A program made the translations under genes and the position numbers. This document shows positions 9,600 through 19,136 of a stretch of 45,170 bases of DNA, piece by piece. The stretch is from NCBI GenBank assembly GCA_001275005.1, contig JWZX01003301.1, positions 1-45,170 of the forward strand, read 5' to 3'. The notes below the pieces were generated by a model. The model saw nothing but the letters and a program-made list of their open reading frames with translations. It ran no database searches and was not told the DNA's origin. Source of the stretch: Chrysochromulina tobinii (taxonomy: Eukaryota). Numbering within the stretch: the first letter of the stretch is position 1; each line of letters begins with the position of its first letter.

Positions 9600-12446
9600 A
9601 TGGAAGGTCACGACCGGCGAGGCGAACCCCGGAGTCTGTCCGCCGCCTCGTTCACCAGTCTCGGCAGGCAGTTCGCTGCCCACTCCGCGGCTTGTGGTGC
9701 GCTCACATGGGCCTGGATCGACGCGGCGCGCATCGATGGCGGGCCCTTTGGTTCGCCACCAACTGGCTACCTGCGCGCGAGCCCGCTCCTGCTACAGACA
9801 CCTGAGCGCGGCCACGACGCCTTCATGGCGGCAGCGCTGGACGATGCTGATGCCGATCCGAGCTTGGCGGCGCCGATTCTCAGCCAGGCGCCGCGGCTCC
9901 TCCTCCATATCGTGCACAGCACTACCTACAATGTGCCCGTGCTGCTCCTGCAAGGCTACCACGCGGAGGGCTCGCTATGGTCGCCTGACGAGCTGCGCGC
10001 GCACCTCACCGCCATCCCTGGGGTGTCGCCGCCGCTGACCCCTTCGATGATCACACAGATGGAGCACCCCGCGCTCCGAACGCCCTTCTGCTGCGTCGAC
10101 CCTTGCCGAACGGCTACGCTGATGGGGCATGTGCTGCCGCCCGAGGGCACCGCCGAGGGCGACGGTACGCCCACCCTCGACTACCTGAGCGCGTGGTGGT
10201 CGGTCCTCGCGCCGCTCGTCGGCGCTCGCAGCCGGGCGGCGTGGTACAGCAACGAGCCGCTGGCACCACGGCCAGTGCGCCTACTGTCCGCCAGTGTGAA
10301 TGTTGTTGATGGCCTTGATGCTGCTGCTGCTCCCGCTGCTGGTACTGGTGCGCCCGTTGCTGCTAGTGATGGTGGACCTCCGCTGCCGCCACCGCCAGCC
10401 GCACTCGCACCAGCACCCACTACAGCGCCCTCGACGGACGACGAGCCCACTACAGCGCCTCCTCCCGCCCCTCTGCGCGAGGGCCAGCTGGTGCGGCTGG
10501 TCGGTCTCCGCTCGGCACAACGCTCGGCCGCGCACAACGGTCAACACGCGGTCGGGTGTGAGCCCGATTTGGAGGTGAATCCGCAGGATCTCGTGCCAAT
10601 CTCGCATAATCTCGCGTCAATCTCGCATAATCTCGAACCAATCTCGCATAATCTCGAACCAATCTCGCATGATCTCGATCAGCTCGATCCGAGTGAAGGG
10701 GTATCGCTCTTAGAGCTGCCCTCAGAGCTGCTGCATCGGACTCTCATCGAGGCTGCTGGTATGGGAGGCACGCCCGCGGCCTTCCGACCACTGTCGCGTC
10801 TCGCGCAGACTTGCCGCGCGGCGCGTGCGGCGGTCACTGAGCTGTGGCCATCGCTCACGCTCTCGCTGCTGCCGCGCGGCACTCTCGCGCTCCCCCGACG
10901 GTTGGGCGCGCTGGCAGGCGCGGCGCCAGCAGAGGAGGCTGAGGTGAGCGCCGACGCGAGGGCGGAATGGCGTCACGCGAGTGCAGCCACCATCTTGCAA
11001 CCGGATCGATCCTCAGCGGCGCTAGCGTGCCGCGCGGCGGCGGCGATCGTGCCACTGATGCGTGGTGGGGGCGCTTGCGCGCCGTGCTGGCAGCTCGCGA
11101 ACTGGACGCTCCCAGTGGCCCTGTACGGCCACACTTCCGTCGTCTGGCGTGGCCAGCTCATTGTCTTTGGTGGGCGTACCGCGGGCGGTGTGCACACGAA
11201 TGCCGTCCACGTCGCCGAGCTCACCAAGTCGCCGCCGGTGTGGTCGCAGCCAACGACGGCAGGCGTGCTACCGCGCCCGCGCCGGTTGCACACGGCCACC
11301 CTCGATCCGCATTCGGGCCAGCTGCATGTACTCGGTGGATCGCTGTCCTCACGCACGACCCCAGAGGCCGCCTGCGGGGACGCGCACGCACTCTGCCTCG
11401 CGGGCTGGTCGTGGAACGCACAGCCGGCGCCGCCGCCGCGCGCGCCATCAGAGGAGGCGTACGGACGGCTCATAGGGCGTGAACTCCCCGGCGTGCCCCC
11501 GCCGCGAGACTGGGCTTTTTTCGCGCACTCGTGTACCTACCTGGACCCTGAGCTGCTGATGGCGGCAACGGGCAGCACGGCCAGCACGGCCAGTCCGGAG
11601 GCCACTGCAACCTCCAGCGCCCCCGGGTTACCCTGCACGCGCATGCTGTGCCCAAAAGGATGCCTGCTTGTGTTTGGTGGCCTGCGCATGAGCATGGGCG
11701 TACCGGCGAGGATGTCGGCCGCGGACGAGGCACAGGTGGTCCAAACGGGCGGCCTCGTGCTCCCTATTGAGAGTCACGAGCTCCAGCGCTATTGCCTGAG
11801 CACAAGGGAGTGGGCCGGCGTGCAGACTGCTGGCAAGAAGCCCACCGCCGCCTTCCGCCACTCCGCCACGCTCGTGCCTCAGCGCTCGCAGCTCGTCCTC
11901 TGGGGCGGCTTCGCATGGCACTCGCTCGAAAGAGAGCCGTGGACCGACGATCTGCCGTGCAACACGCTGAGCGTACTCGGACTTGGGCCACACAGCGCCT
12001 TCATGACGTGGAGCCAGCCCGAGGTCGAGCAGCGAGCGTGTTGGGCTCTTCCGCGTGGTAGCCACTCGGCCACACTGCTCGGCGACCAAATTTTTGTCTT
12101 TGGAGGCGTGTCGGTTCCAGAAGACCGCCTTGTCGACGGGGCGGTCTTTGAGTGTGACCTGGACGACGCCTTTGTCATCGACACCACTACGTGGGAATTG
12201 CACACAACTGCAACTCTCGGGTGCAATGCGCCGGCGGTGCGCTCGGCGCACAGCGCACACGTCGTGCCTAGCCGGTACGTGGATGGCAACGTGATGGGCG
12301 ATGGTGACGGCGCAGCTCCGGCCCTCGCCCTACTTGTCATCGGCGGGCGAGAGTTCATTGCGGCGGCGGATCCCGAAGATGATGAGCACCACCCACGGGA
12401 CAGCGTACACGCGTTGATGCTGTGGCCTCAGCAGCCGACGCCTTGA
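9600..12446 (+). CDS. ATG10-like E2 domain fused to an F-box-like segment and Kelch repeats; probable in-frame intron 10575-10682
   Basis: N-terminal HIVHSTTYNVPVLLL...ITQMEHPALRTPFCCVDPCRTATLM...YLSAWWS (ATG10/Autophagy_act_C-like). LLELPSELL is F-box-like. Kelch-like blades include GHTSVVWRGQLIVFGG, PRPRRLHTAT, PRGSHSATLLGDQIFVFGG and RSAHSAH. One uninterrupted ORF. Confidence 0.75.
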   Translation: MEGHDRRGEPRSLSAASFTSLGRQFAAHSAACGALTWAWIDAARIDGGPFGSPPTGYLRASPLLLQTPERGHDAFMAAALDDADADPSLAAPILSQAPRLLLHIVHSTTYNVPVLLLQGYHAEGSLWSPDELRAHLTAIPGVSPPLTPSMITQMEHPALRTPFCCVDPCRTATLMGHVLPPEGTAEGDGTPTLDYLSAWWSVLAPLVGARSRAAWYSNEPLAPRPVRLLSASVNVVDGLDAAAAPAAGTGAPVAASDGGPPLPPPPAALAPAPTTAPSTDDEPTTAPPPAPLREGQLVRLVGLRSAQRSAAHNGQHAVGCEPDLEVNPQDLVPISHNLASISHNLEPISHNLEPISHDLDQLDPSEGVSLLELPSELLHRTLIEAAGMGGTPAAFRPLSRLAQTCRAARAAVTELWPSLTLSLLPRGTLALPRRLGALAGAAPAEEAEVSADARAEWRHASAATILQPDRSSAALACRAAAAIVPLMRGGGACAPCWQLANWTLPVALYGHTSVVWRGQLIVFGGRTAGGVHTNAVHVAELTKSPPVWSQPTTAGVLPRPRRLHTATLDPHSGQLHVLGGSLSSRTTPEAACGDAHALCLAGWSWNAQPAPPPRAPSEEAYGRLIGRELPGVPPPRDWAFFAHSCTYLDPELLMAATGSTASTASPEATATSSAPGLPCTRMLCPKGCLLVFGGLRMSMGVPARMSAADEAQVVQTGGLVLPIESHELQRYCLSTREWAGVQTAGKKPTAAFRHSATLVPQRSQLVLWGGFAWHSLEREPWTDDLPCNTLSVLGLGPHSAFMTWSQPEVEQRACWALPRGSHSATLLGDQIFVFGGVSVPEDRLVDGAVFECDLDDAFVIDTTTWELHTTATLGCNAPAVRSAHSAHVVPSRYVDGNVMGDGDGAAPALALLVIGGREFIAAADPEDDEHHPRDSVHALMLWPQQPTP
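10575..10682 (+). repeat. Probable 108-nt intron made of a ~21-nt tandem repeat (CAATCTCGCATAATCTCGAAC-like, ~4 copies)
   Basis: GAG|GTGAAT...GATCAG boundaries. Read-through gives the repetitive peptide ISHNLEP, and composition differs from the flanking exons. Confidence 0.7.
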
Positions 12447-12911
12447 ACATCGTACTTTTGAGCACTAAGATTAACCGCATAGGGTGGGACTGGAGACCTG
12501 CGGTACACCAGGGCGGAGACCTGGGGATGTACCGCTCTGGGTAGACCGCAAATCAAGTAATCAACGTCAAATAGAACACAGATCACAGTCGGTGTCATCA
12601 TTTCAAGATTTCATGCCCCGACCACCGTACGTAGCCTGCGTTCAATAATATAACCAAGAACTAACCTTAAACACCTTCTATTGAGTTTGCCCCGCAGGCC
12701 CTGCAATTTAACGTGAACGTGAACGTCTGAGTTCCATTTTTGGACCGTGTGCCTCACAACACGCGACGCGGGCGCGCGACGCTACGCGCCTGCGTTGCGG
12801 CCGTGTGGAGTGCCGAGCAAGCCCATGCAGTGCGCGTGCCAATCCGCGTGGCTCGCTGCGGCTCACCCGTCCGCCGCGGCTACGAAACAGTTAGGTGATT
12901 ACCACATTGCC

Positions 12912-13940
12912 ATGGCTCCTAAGAATGACCATCTCAAGCAGGACGTGGCCAAACTGTCAGAATCAGGTGCCAGTTCGCACCGCAGCGACGCCCAGAGCCA
13001 TCGTCGCGACATTCCGAGCAAGGAGTTTATGCCATCACAGTTTAGGTCACCGCAGTCTATGCCACGCATGAGAAGCCCCATCACCGGCAGTAAAGCTGCT
13101 GCAAATCAGGGTGCCGCGGTCAGCAGGGCACGCTGCCCGTTGCCTGATCAAGACTTCACACAAGTGGAGTGGCGACGCTACCTGCGCCGCGTGTACGGCA
13201 CAGGTTACCTGAATCTATCTAAGGCCGACCTCAACGTTGTCAATCTCACTACGTTGGCTAACACCTCGGCTCTCATGCACCGATACGTTGATAAGCTTCA
13301 ACGAGTCTTTCCACGCAACTTTGGCTGGAGTGGCTGCTGGAACTGTGGTCAAGGGCCGTTTGTGACCACCATGAATGTGCACACCCCTTTGGAACTTGCT
13401 TGGCGGCTGCGAGTTCACCGCAAGGTGGTGGCGAGTGGAAATGGTGGGAACACGGCGCTAAGCAACCATTCGTGGGTGGAGGTGACGCACTGTGGTGGCT
13501 CCCATTTTGAGCAGAACGCGTCGTACTTTTACCATGCCCGTGGAAGCGGAATGTGGATCCATGTTGGATACACAATTGCCTTTGGCTACCATGATGAGGC
13601 CGTGCTGCATTTTCTCGGAAAGAATTGTTCGCGGGGTGTGAGAGAGAACAATGGCAGGCTTCAGTGCGATCGCGAGCTCAACCGGATGGCGGTCGTAGCA
13701 CGCCAGAAGGGGTACGAGAGCGTGCAGTTCCTGCGACACTGCGATGCTAAGTGCGACGAGTGCTTGCACGAAATTGCTGTGCTCTATGGTGGTAGTGGGC
13801 GCTCGGCGTGCCCGAATATCGAGATGCGGCGAGGCTCCAGAGCACAATTGCCGTGCACATGCGTGCCGCGTGGCACGAGTGTCGGCACAATCGTGAAGCC
13901 AAACCGTGGGCCGTGCGCCACGTGCGCTGAGTGGCTCTGA
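12912..13940 (+). CDS. Hypothetical Cys-rich protein
   Basis: ORF of ~340 aa with globular-looking motifs (WVEVTHCGG, YFYHARGSGMWIHVG, GYESVQF, HEI) and many Cys. GC is lower than in neighbouring genes. Start uncertain. Confidence 0.55.
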   Translation: MAPKNDHLKQDVAKLSESGASSHRSDAQSHRRDIPSKEFMPSQFRSPQSMPRMRSPITGSKAAANQGAAVSRARCPLPDQDFTQVEWRRYLRRVYGTGYLNLSKADLNVVNLTTLANTSALMHRYVDKLQRVFPRNFGWSGCWNCGQGPFVTTMNVHTPLELAWRLRVHRKVVASGNGGNTALSNHSWVEVTHCGGSHFEQNASYFYHARGSGMWIHVGYTIAFGYHDEAVLHFLGKNCSRGVRENNGRLQCDRELNRMAVVARQKGYESVQFLRHCDAKCDECLHEIAVLYGGSGRSACPNIEMRRGSRAQLPCTCVPRGTSVGTIVKPNRGPCATCAEWL

Positions 13941-14319
13941 CAGAGCTGCGGAGAGTGGTGGATAAATCGCTTTGGCCTTTAGCTTTACTACCACAGCTGG
14001 CTACATGTACACGCTAAATGTGAAACCGCCGCCCTGTAAGTTTGTGGCGTCGTCGTTTGTTCGCGTTTCTGTATAGAAGCGTAGTACTAGGTACTCGGTA
14101 CCCGATAATACGCGAGAGGAGAAACGCGAGGAGTGGCGACTGGGGCCGCGGATTATATTCCGGATGATTCAGCTCGGACGTCACACATAGGTCCACATCA
14201 TTCTGCACTTCGCTTACTATCACAACCTCACCTGATTTTGAAGATGAACTTCTGAGCGGTCGACTCTACGGTACAGCGTCTCACGCACGCACTTCGATTC
14301 ACAAGCCTCACGCACTTCA

Positions 14320-15351
14320 TCACAGCCTTCGAAACCATTGCATCAAGAACGGCCGGCTTCGGATGTCCAGGAACTCCTGGCCACATCTCGTTGCCTGGGC
14401 TGCCTGCGGCGTCGCCGCTGGATGCGTGGCACTCGGGTGGTGGCGGCAGCCGAAGGTGGTGCTCTCGCGAAGGTGTGCCCCGAAGGCGCCCTCGTCGCTC
14501 GAGAACTGCGCCTCGAGCGCAAACGCGCCGTCGCGGAGGAGCTCATGGGCAAGATCGCATCGGACGGGCGCGCTCACGTGCAGGAAGATGCCGCCAGTAG
14601 CCAGCAGCGCGCGCACACGCGCGCCCAGCAATCGCACATTCTCCGTGCGGTAGGCAAGGTCGGAGCCCAATACGATGTCCACAGGCTCTCCGACGATGTA
14701 GGGTTGATAGGGTTGCACTTGCGTCTTGGGCGTCGTCTTGGGCGTCGCGGGCCCCGCCGCCGCCGCCGCCGCCGCCGCCGCCCAGGACGACGCCCATGGG
14801 AGCCGGACTACCTCAACCGAACAGCCGGCTGCCGCGCACGCATCGGCGTTGGCGAGGACGTTGGCGCGCAGATTGGCCAGCGTCAGAGCGTTCAGATCGG
14901 TGAGGACCACGCGCCGAGAGCGCGCGTAGACGGCCGCGGCAAGCCCCGGAAGGCCACAGCCCGCGCCGAGCTCCACGACGCAAGCACCCTCAAGCACGGC
15001 GCGCACGCGCTCGTCGACTGCGATCCAGCGAGCGAGCACGAGAGCAGCGCCCCAGAGCTGGCAGCCAGTCTGGTCGAGCTCGATCGCATCGCGGGAGAGG
15101 GTGTTGAGCGGATCATGTGGACCCTCGCGGAGAACCAGCGCGGGCGCACCGCCATCGCCGTCGAGCAGCTGCAGCACATGCAAGTTCTCGTCCTCGTGCT
15201 TGTGCAAGCTTTCCTGCAAGCTGTCCTGCATCTCCGTGTTCGCGCGCAGATGCGTCGCGCCGCGCGCGGTGGGGTGCCACATGGGTAGCGAAAGGTGGGG
15301 AGAGGACGGCGGTGGCAGAAAGCACGGGAGGCAACGAGCGGCGGCGGCCAC
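14320..15351 (-). CDS. Seven-beta-strand protein lysine methyltransferase (METTL21/EEF1AKMT 'family 16'-like); 5' end unresolved
   Basis: DQTGCQLWGAALVLARWI, VVELGAGCGLPGL, VVLTD, LPW, DIVLGSDLAY. Confidence 0.8.
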   Translation of the reverse strand: MAAAARCLPCFLPPPSSPHLSLPMWHPTARGATHLRANTEMQDSLQESLHKHEDENLHVLQLLDGDGGAPALVLREGPHDPLNTLSRDAIELDQTGCQLWGAALVLARWIAVDERVRAVLEGACVVELGAGCGLPGLAAAVYARSRRVVLTDLNALTLANLRANVLANADACAAAGCSVEVVRLPWASSWAAAAAAAAAGPATPKTTPKTQVQPYQPYIVGEPVDIVLGSDLAYRTENVRLLGARVRALLATGGIFLHVSAPVRCDLAHELLRDGAFALEAQFSSDEGAFGAHLRESTTFGCRHHPSATHPAATPQAAQATRCGQEFLDIRSRPFLMQWFRRL

Positions 15352-15659
15352 CGGGCGCGATGGCCCACGACGGCAGGTCCATCACCAGCGCCTCCGTCGG
15401 GGGGGTGGGTGTGGAGCTGTCCCGTGGAGGGCTCATCATTGGCGCGACCGTGCCCTGGACCTGTGCCCTCGCTGCCATCTTGAACGCATTGCCGCCCGAG
15501 GGCGCCAAGAAAGGTGCATCTGCCTTTGAATCTGCCTTGGAGGCCACCGCCGCCCGCGCTGCCGGCTGCGCGCGCGGCGCGCGCGCCGCCGCCGCCGCCC
15601 GTTCGGAATCAGGGGAGCGATGTGAACGCGTCGCCCTCTCCGCCACCGCGCGCGCAGCG

Positions 15660-16597
15660 CTCTCACTCCTCACCACCTCGACGCTCGACGCCGCCTTGCA
15701 CACGTCAAGGAGCACCGAATTCAAGTGGGCAGGAAAGAGCTCATCCGCCGCTGTGAGCGTCGGCAGCATGCCGATGGTGCCGACAAAGAACTTCTCGAGG
15801 TGCGGCGCATGCATCGCTGCGCGCCCGCGCTTCACGCCCGCGGTCCTCTCACCCACATAGCAGAAGAAGATGTGCCGCGGACGCTCGTCCACGCGCAAGG
15901 GCAGCACGCCATAGTTGATGGCGTCCTCGAGGAGCGCGGCGCGCAGGCCGTCAAAGCCGTCGGAGCCGCGCGCGATCGGCACGATCTGGGTCTTCGAGCC
16001 CTCCGCGTACGTGCACACGCACCAGCCGCTCGCCAGCGCGCGCGTCTCCGCCCATGCCGCTGCAAGCTCCGGGTCACTCAGATCGAGGTCGGAGCGCGGC
16101 CGAACGTCGGCGAGCCGGCCGTTGGGCGCGGGCACGTGCGCCGCAAGCTGCCGCTCCACCGCCGTCGTGTCGACCGTCGACTCGCCGACCGCGAGCAGCT
16201 CGGCGGGCGGGGCCGATTTGATGAACTTGATGCTGCGAGAGTTGACGCAGTGGCGCTGGTCGCTCTCGGTGTGATGCTCGCCCGAGAAAAGATGGCCCAG
16301 GTGGCCGTCGCACTGCGCGCACACAATCTCCACGCGCTGATCGCCGTGTGAAAAGTCCGGCTGCACGCGCAGGGAGCCGACGTAGCAGCGATCAAAGGAT
16401 GGCCATCCGCAGCCGCTCTTGTACTTGGCTGCGGCCGAGAACAGCGGGTTCTTGCAGCCGCGGCAGACAAAGTAGCCCTCAGTGGGGTAAAGGTCGTTGT
16501 ACTCGCCCGATCGCGCGGGCTCGGTCGCCTTCTCGCGAAGCACCCGGTACTCATCGGGCGTGAGGGTGCGGCGCCAGTCGAAGGCCGCGGTCATCAT
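15660..16597 (-). CDS. msrB: Methionine-R-sulfoxide reductase (MsrB) fused to an ADF-H/coactosin-like domain; 3' end unresolved (frame stays open to 15113)
   Basis: LTPDEYRVLREKATE, CRGC and CAQC zinc ligands, GCGWPSF, HLGHLF, RHCVNS. Then DLSDPELAAAW...WCVCTY...GSDGFDGL...INYGVL...IFFCYVGERTAGVKRGRAAMH (ADF-H-like). Confidence 0.8.
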
Positions 16598-17011
16598 CTG
16601 GACCGATCTGTCCTTTGGCAAGACTGAGGGCAGCCACGAGCTGGCCGGCGGCCGGCCCTTTGCCTTCCATCAGGATAGTACCGGTAAAACGGTTTGAGGG
16701 CCTTCAAAAGTTTCGATGATTGTGTTGCCCATCAGGATGGATAGCGTTCACGTTAAATTGCCATCTCGGCAAGACGATTCGATGGATTGATGTTCAATGT
16801 ACTGTCTGAAAGGCGGGACCGGCAACCAATTTTTCAGATCTGAGTGACCCGGAACTCTCGACATACAGACTGGCCGCTATACAAAACAGCCCCCGGAAGC
16901 GGCGGAGCCGGAAACTGCGAGTCGCGCCCCGCGGTGTGGTTGATTGCGTGGCGGCGCGGGGAGGGACCGCGAAATAACCTGACAGACTGACTGGGTGTCA
17001 GTGTCACGAGC

Positions 17012-18067
17012 TCACGACCCTACCCCCTCGAGCTCGGTGCATGTCGTCAGAAGCTGGTGGGCCAGAGCGAGCGGCTGAGGCATAAGAAGCTCCCCGTCGA
17101 TGGCGGGAGGACGTGCCGCGGCGGCCCGGAGCGCCTCGCGCACCTCAGCGAGCTCAACCCAGCGCGCACTCTCAAGCTCGCTCGTGTCGATGATGAGCGC
17201 CTCCGTGTGGGCGATCGCGACGGCGCCGAGCATGAGCTGTGGGGACGGCCCATTGGGCCACGGCTGGCTCGAGTGATAGATGACATCGCCCACGATCACG
17301 CCGGACTCTTCGCGCACCTCGCGACGCACCCCTTCCTCTAGGGTCTCTCCCGGGTCGAGGAAACCGGCGAGGCAGCTGAACCGTCCCTTGGGCCACAAAG
17401 CTTGACGGCCAACGAGGCAGCGCGTCCCGTCGGCCGAGAGCACCGCGGAGATCACGACAGGGTCCGTCCGCGGGAAGTGCTGGGTGCCGCACGAAGGGCA
17501 CAGCCGCTTCCAGCCTCCCTTTTTCGGTTCCGACCTCGACCCGCACGCCCCGCAGAACGTGTGCGAGCGGTGCCAATGCAGCACGTTCCGCGCCTGCCCG
17601 ACCATAGCGGCCTCGGCAGAGCTCGCTCGCCCCACAATGTCGCGCAGGCCAACGAATCGGCTTACGCCATGCACGGCGCGGGCAACTCCGTCAGGGTCTT
17701 GGATTGATGCCGCAAAGCACATGGTGTCGCTCGCCGTTTTCGCATACCTCTCGTTGAGGAAGGAGGGTGGCATGGCGTGCGGCTTGCGCCGACCAAGAAG
17801 AATCATTTCGTCCACGCCAATCTCACGCGCCTGCGCTGCCGATGCGTATGCGAGACCCCCGGCGGAATTCACCGCCACTGCGTTCTTCTTCAGGTCGAGC
17901 AGTATCACTGCCGACGACTCGCGCTCTGCAGCGGCCAGCCACAGAGCGTCTTCCAGCTTTGAATCTAGAGGTCGCACCAGATGGGAACCCGCATAGCAAG
18001 GCTCTGGACGACGCTTGGTGCACGCAGCGATGACGGACGAGCGCAGTCGCTCGGCAGCCGACTTCAT
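17012..18067 (-). CDS. NADH pyrophosphatase, NudC/NUDT12/NUDT13 family Nudix hydrolase
   Basis: WHRSHTFCGACG...CPSCGTQHFPRTDPVVI zinc ribbon, Nudix box AGFLDPGETLEEGVRREVREESG, SQPWP signature. Confidence 0.92.
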   Translation of the reverse strand: MKSAAERLRSSVIAACTKRRPEPCYAGSHLVRPLDSKLEDALWLAAAERESSAVILLDLKKNAVAVNSAGGLAYASAAQAREIGVDEMILLGRRKPHAMPPSFLNERYAKTASDTMCFAASIQDPDGVARAVHGVSRFVGLRDIVGRASSAEAAMVGQARNVLHWHRSHTFCGACGSRSEPKKGGWKRLCPSCGTQHFPRTDPVVISAVLSADGTRCLVGRQALWPKGRFSCLAGFLDPGETLEEGVRREVREESGVIVGDVIYHSSQPWPNGPSPQLMLGAVAIAHTEALIIDTSELESARWVELAEVREALRAAAARPPAIDGELLMPQPLALAHQLLTTCTELEGVGS

Positions 18068-18313
18068 GTGCTCAGAGAGAGAGAGCGCGCCTTTGCTAGG
18101 GGTCCACGAGGGGCACACAAAAGCCTCCTAGGGGCGTTTTGATTGTCGCGTGAACACGAGTCAAGACAACACCGCCACCCGAGGATGACTGGGGCCCGTC
18201 GTGCGTGTATGTTCTTGGGGGCAGGACGTGGTGCAGGGCAGGGCTTCAAGACTTCATGCAAGAGAAGTTCACGTCCGTGGTCCGGGCGCTCGTCTGAAAG
18301 CCCGGCGTCATCC

Positions 18314-18808
18314 ATGGACAGCTCTCTTCGAACGCGCGGATCCTGGCGTCCGGATCGACCTGCGATGGCACCGCATGGAATTGCCTGGCAGAACAAGTCG
18401 GGGGCGGCCAGCATGCACTCTCCTATGGCGCTTGCAAGCCCCCGGCCCAGTTCTTCCATGGGAGGCTCGTTTTCGGTGACCGCCGCTCGCTTTGGCTATC
18501 CGGCTCAGAACGGATATGTGGAGCCTAGGTCTCCTGATTCAATTCGCACGCTCGGCCATCAGCGCTTCGGGTGGAAGGCCTCTCGGCTCTCAGAAATGGA
18601 GCCAGTGGCGTTCAGTTCCGGACCAAGACCCCACAGGCCAGTGTTCCGAGGCACGCTCACGGGCGACTACCGCCTCGGTGACACCCCGTACAGCGCCCGA
18701 GAGCCAAGGTACAGCGAGCAAGTGCCAATGTCCTTTTCGAAGGTGCGCAGCGTAATGTACGACATCAAGCCAGGTAAAACCTCGCGAACGGTCGACTACT
18801 TTCAATGA
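18314..18808 (+). CDS. Hypothetical protein
   Basis: ORF divergent from the Nudix gene that fills the gap before UTP18. No recognisable domain. Confidence 0.35.
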   Translation: MDSSLRTRGSWRPDRPAMAPHGIAWQNKSGAASMHSPMALASPRPSSSMGGSFSVTAARFGYPAQNGYVEPRSPDSIRTLGHQRFGWKASRLSEMEPVAFSSGPRPHRPVFRGTLTGDYRLGDTPYSAREPRYSEQVPMSFSKVRSVMYDIKPGKTSRTVDYFQ

Positions 18809-18920
18809 CGGGGTGGCAGGGATGCCAGCGCTCATGCTCATGCCGGTACAAAAAGGTACCGGACGAGTCTCAGCGCCGACGGCGCCCGCCCGCGCTGTCG
18901 GAGACGGGTGAGGCAGCGTG

Positions 18921-18960
18921 ATAGAGAGAGAGAGAGATGGATTAGCAATGGAGAGAGAGA
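18921..18960. repeat. (GA)n microsatellite tracts
   Basis: AGAGAGAGAGAGAGA and GAGAGAGAGA in intergenic or UTR DNA. Confidence 0.8.
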
Positions 18961-19136
18961 TCTCATGCATGAGTAGAGAGGTTCGTGTTGTTTGTCTCCA
19001 CGTAAGAAAAGAAAATGTATGTCGTGTAGTTGTATAGGGTTCAGTTTGCATAGGTGTCCGAAGACGAGCCCGGTACGACGCCTCAAGTTGGTCACCCGGA
19101 CTTGCGTTCCGCGACGACGTGGTCTTTGTCGCCGCA

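Noticed and set aside
10590..10680. Repeat arrays here and at 24441-24522 as possible CRISPR arrays
   Set aside because: Head-to-tail minisatellites without unique spacers, no cas genes, and a eukaryotic context.
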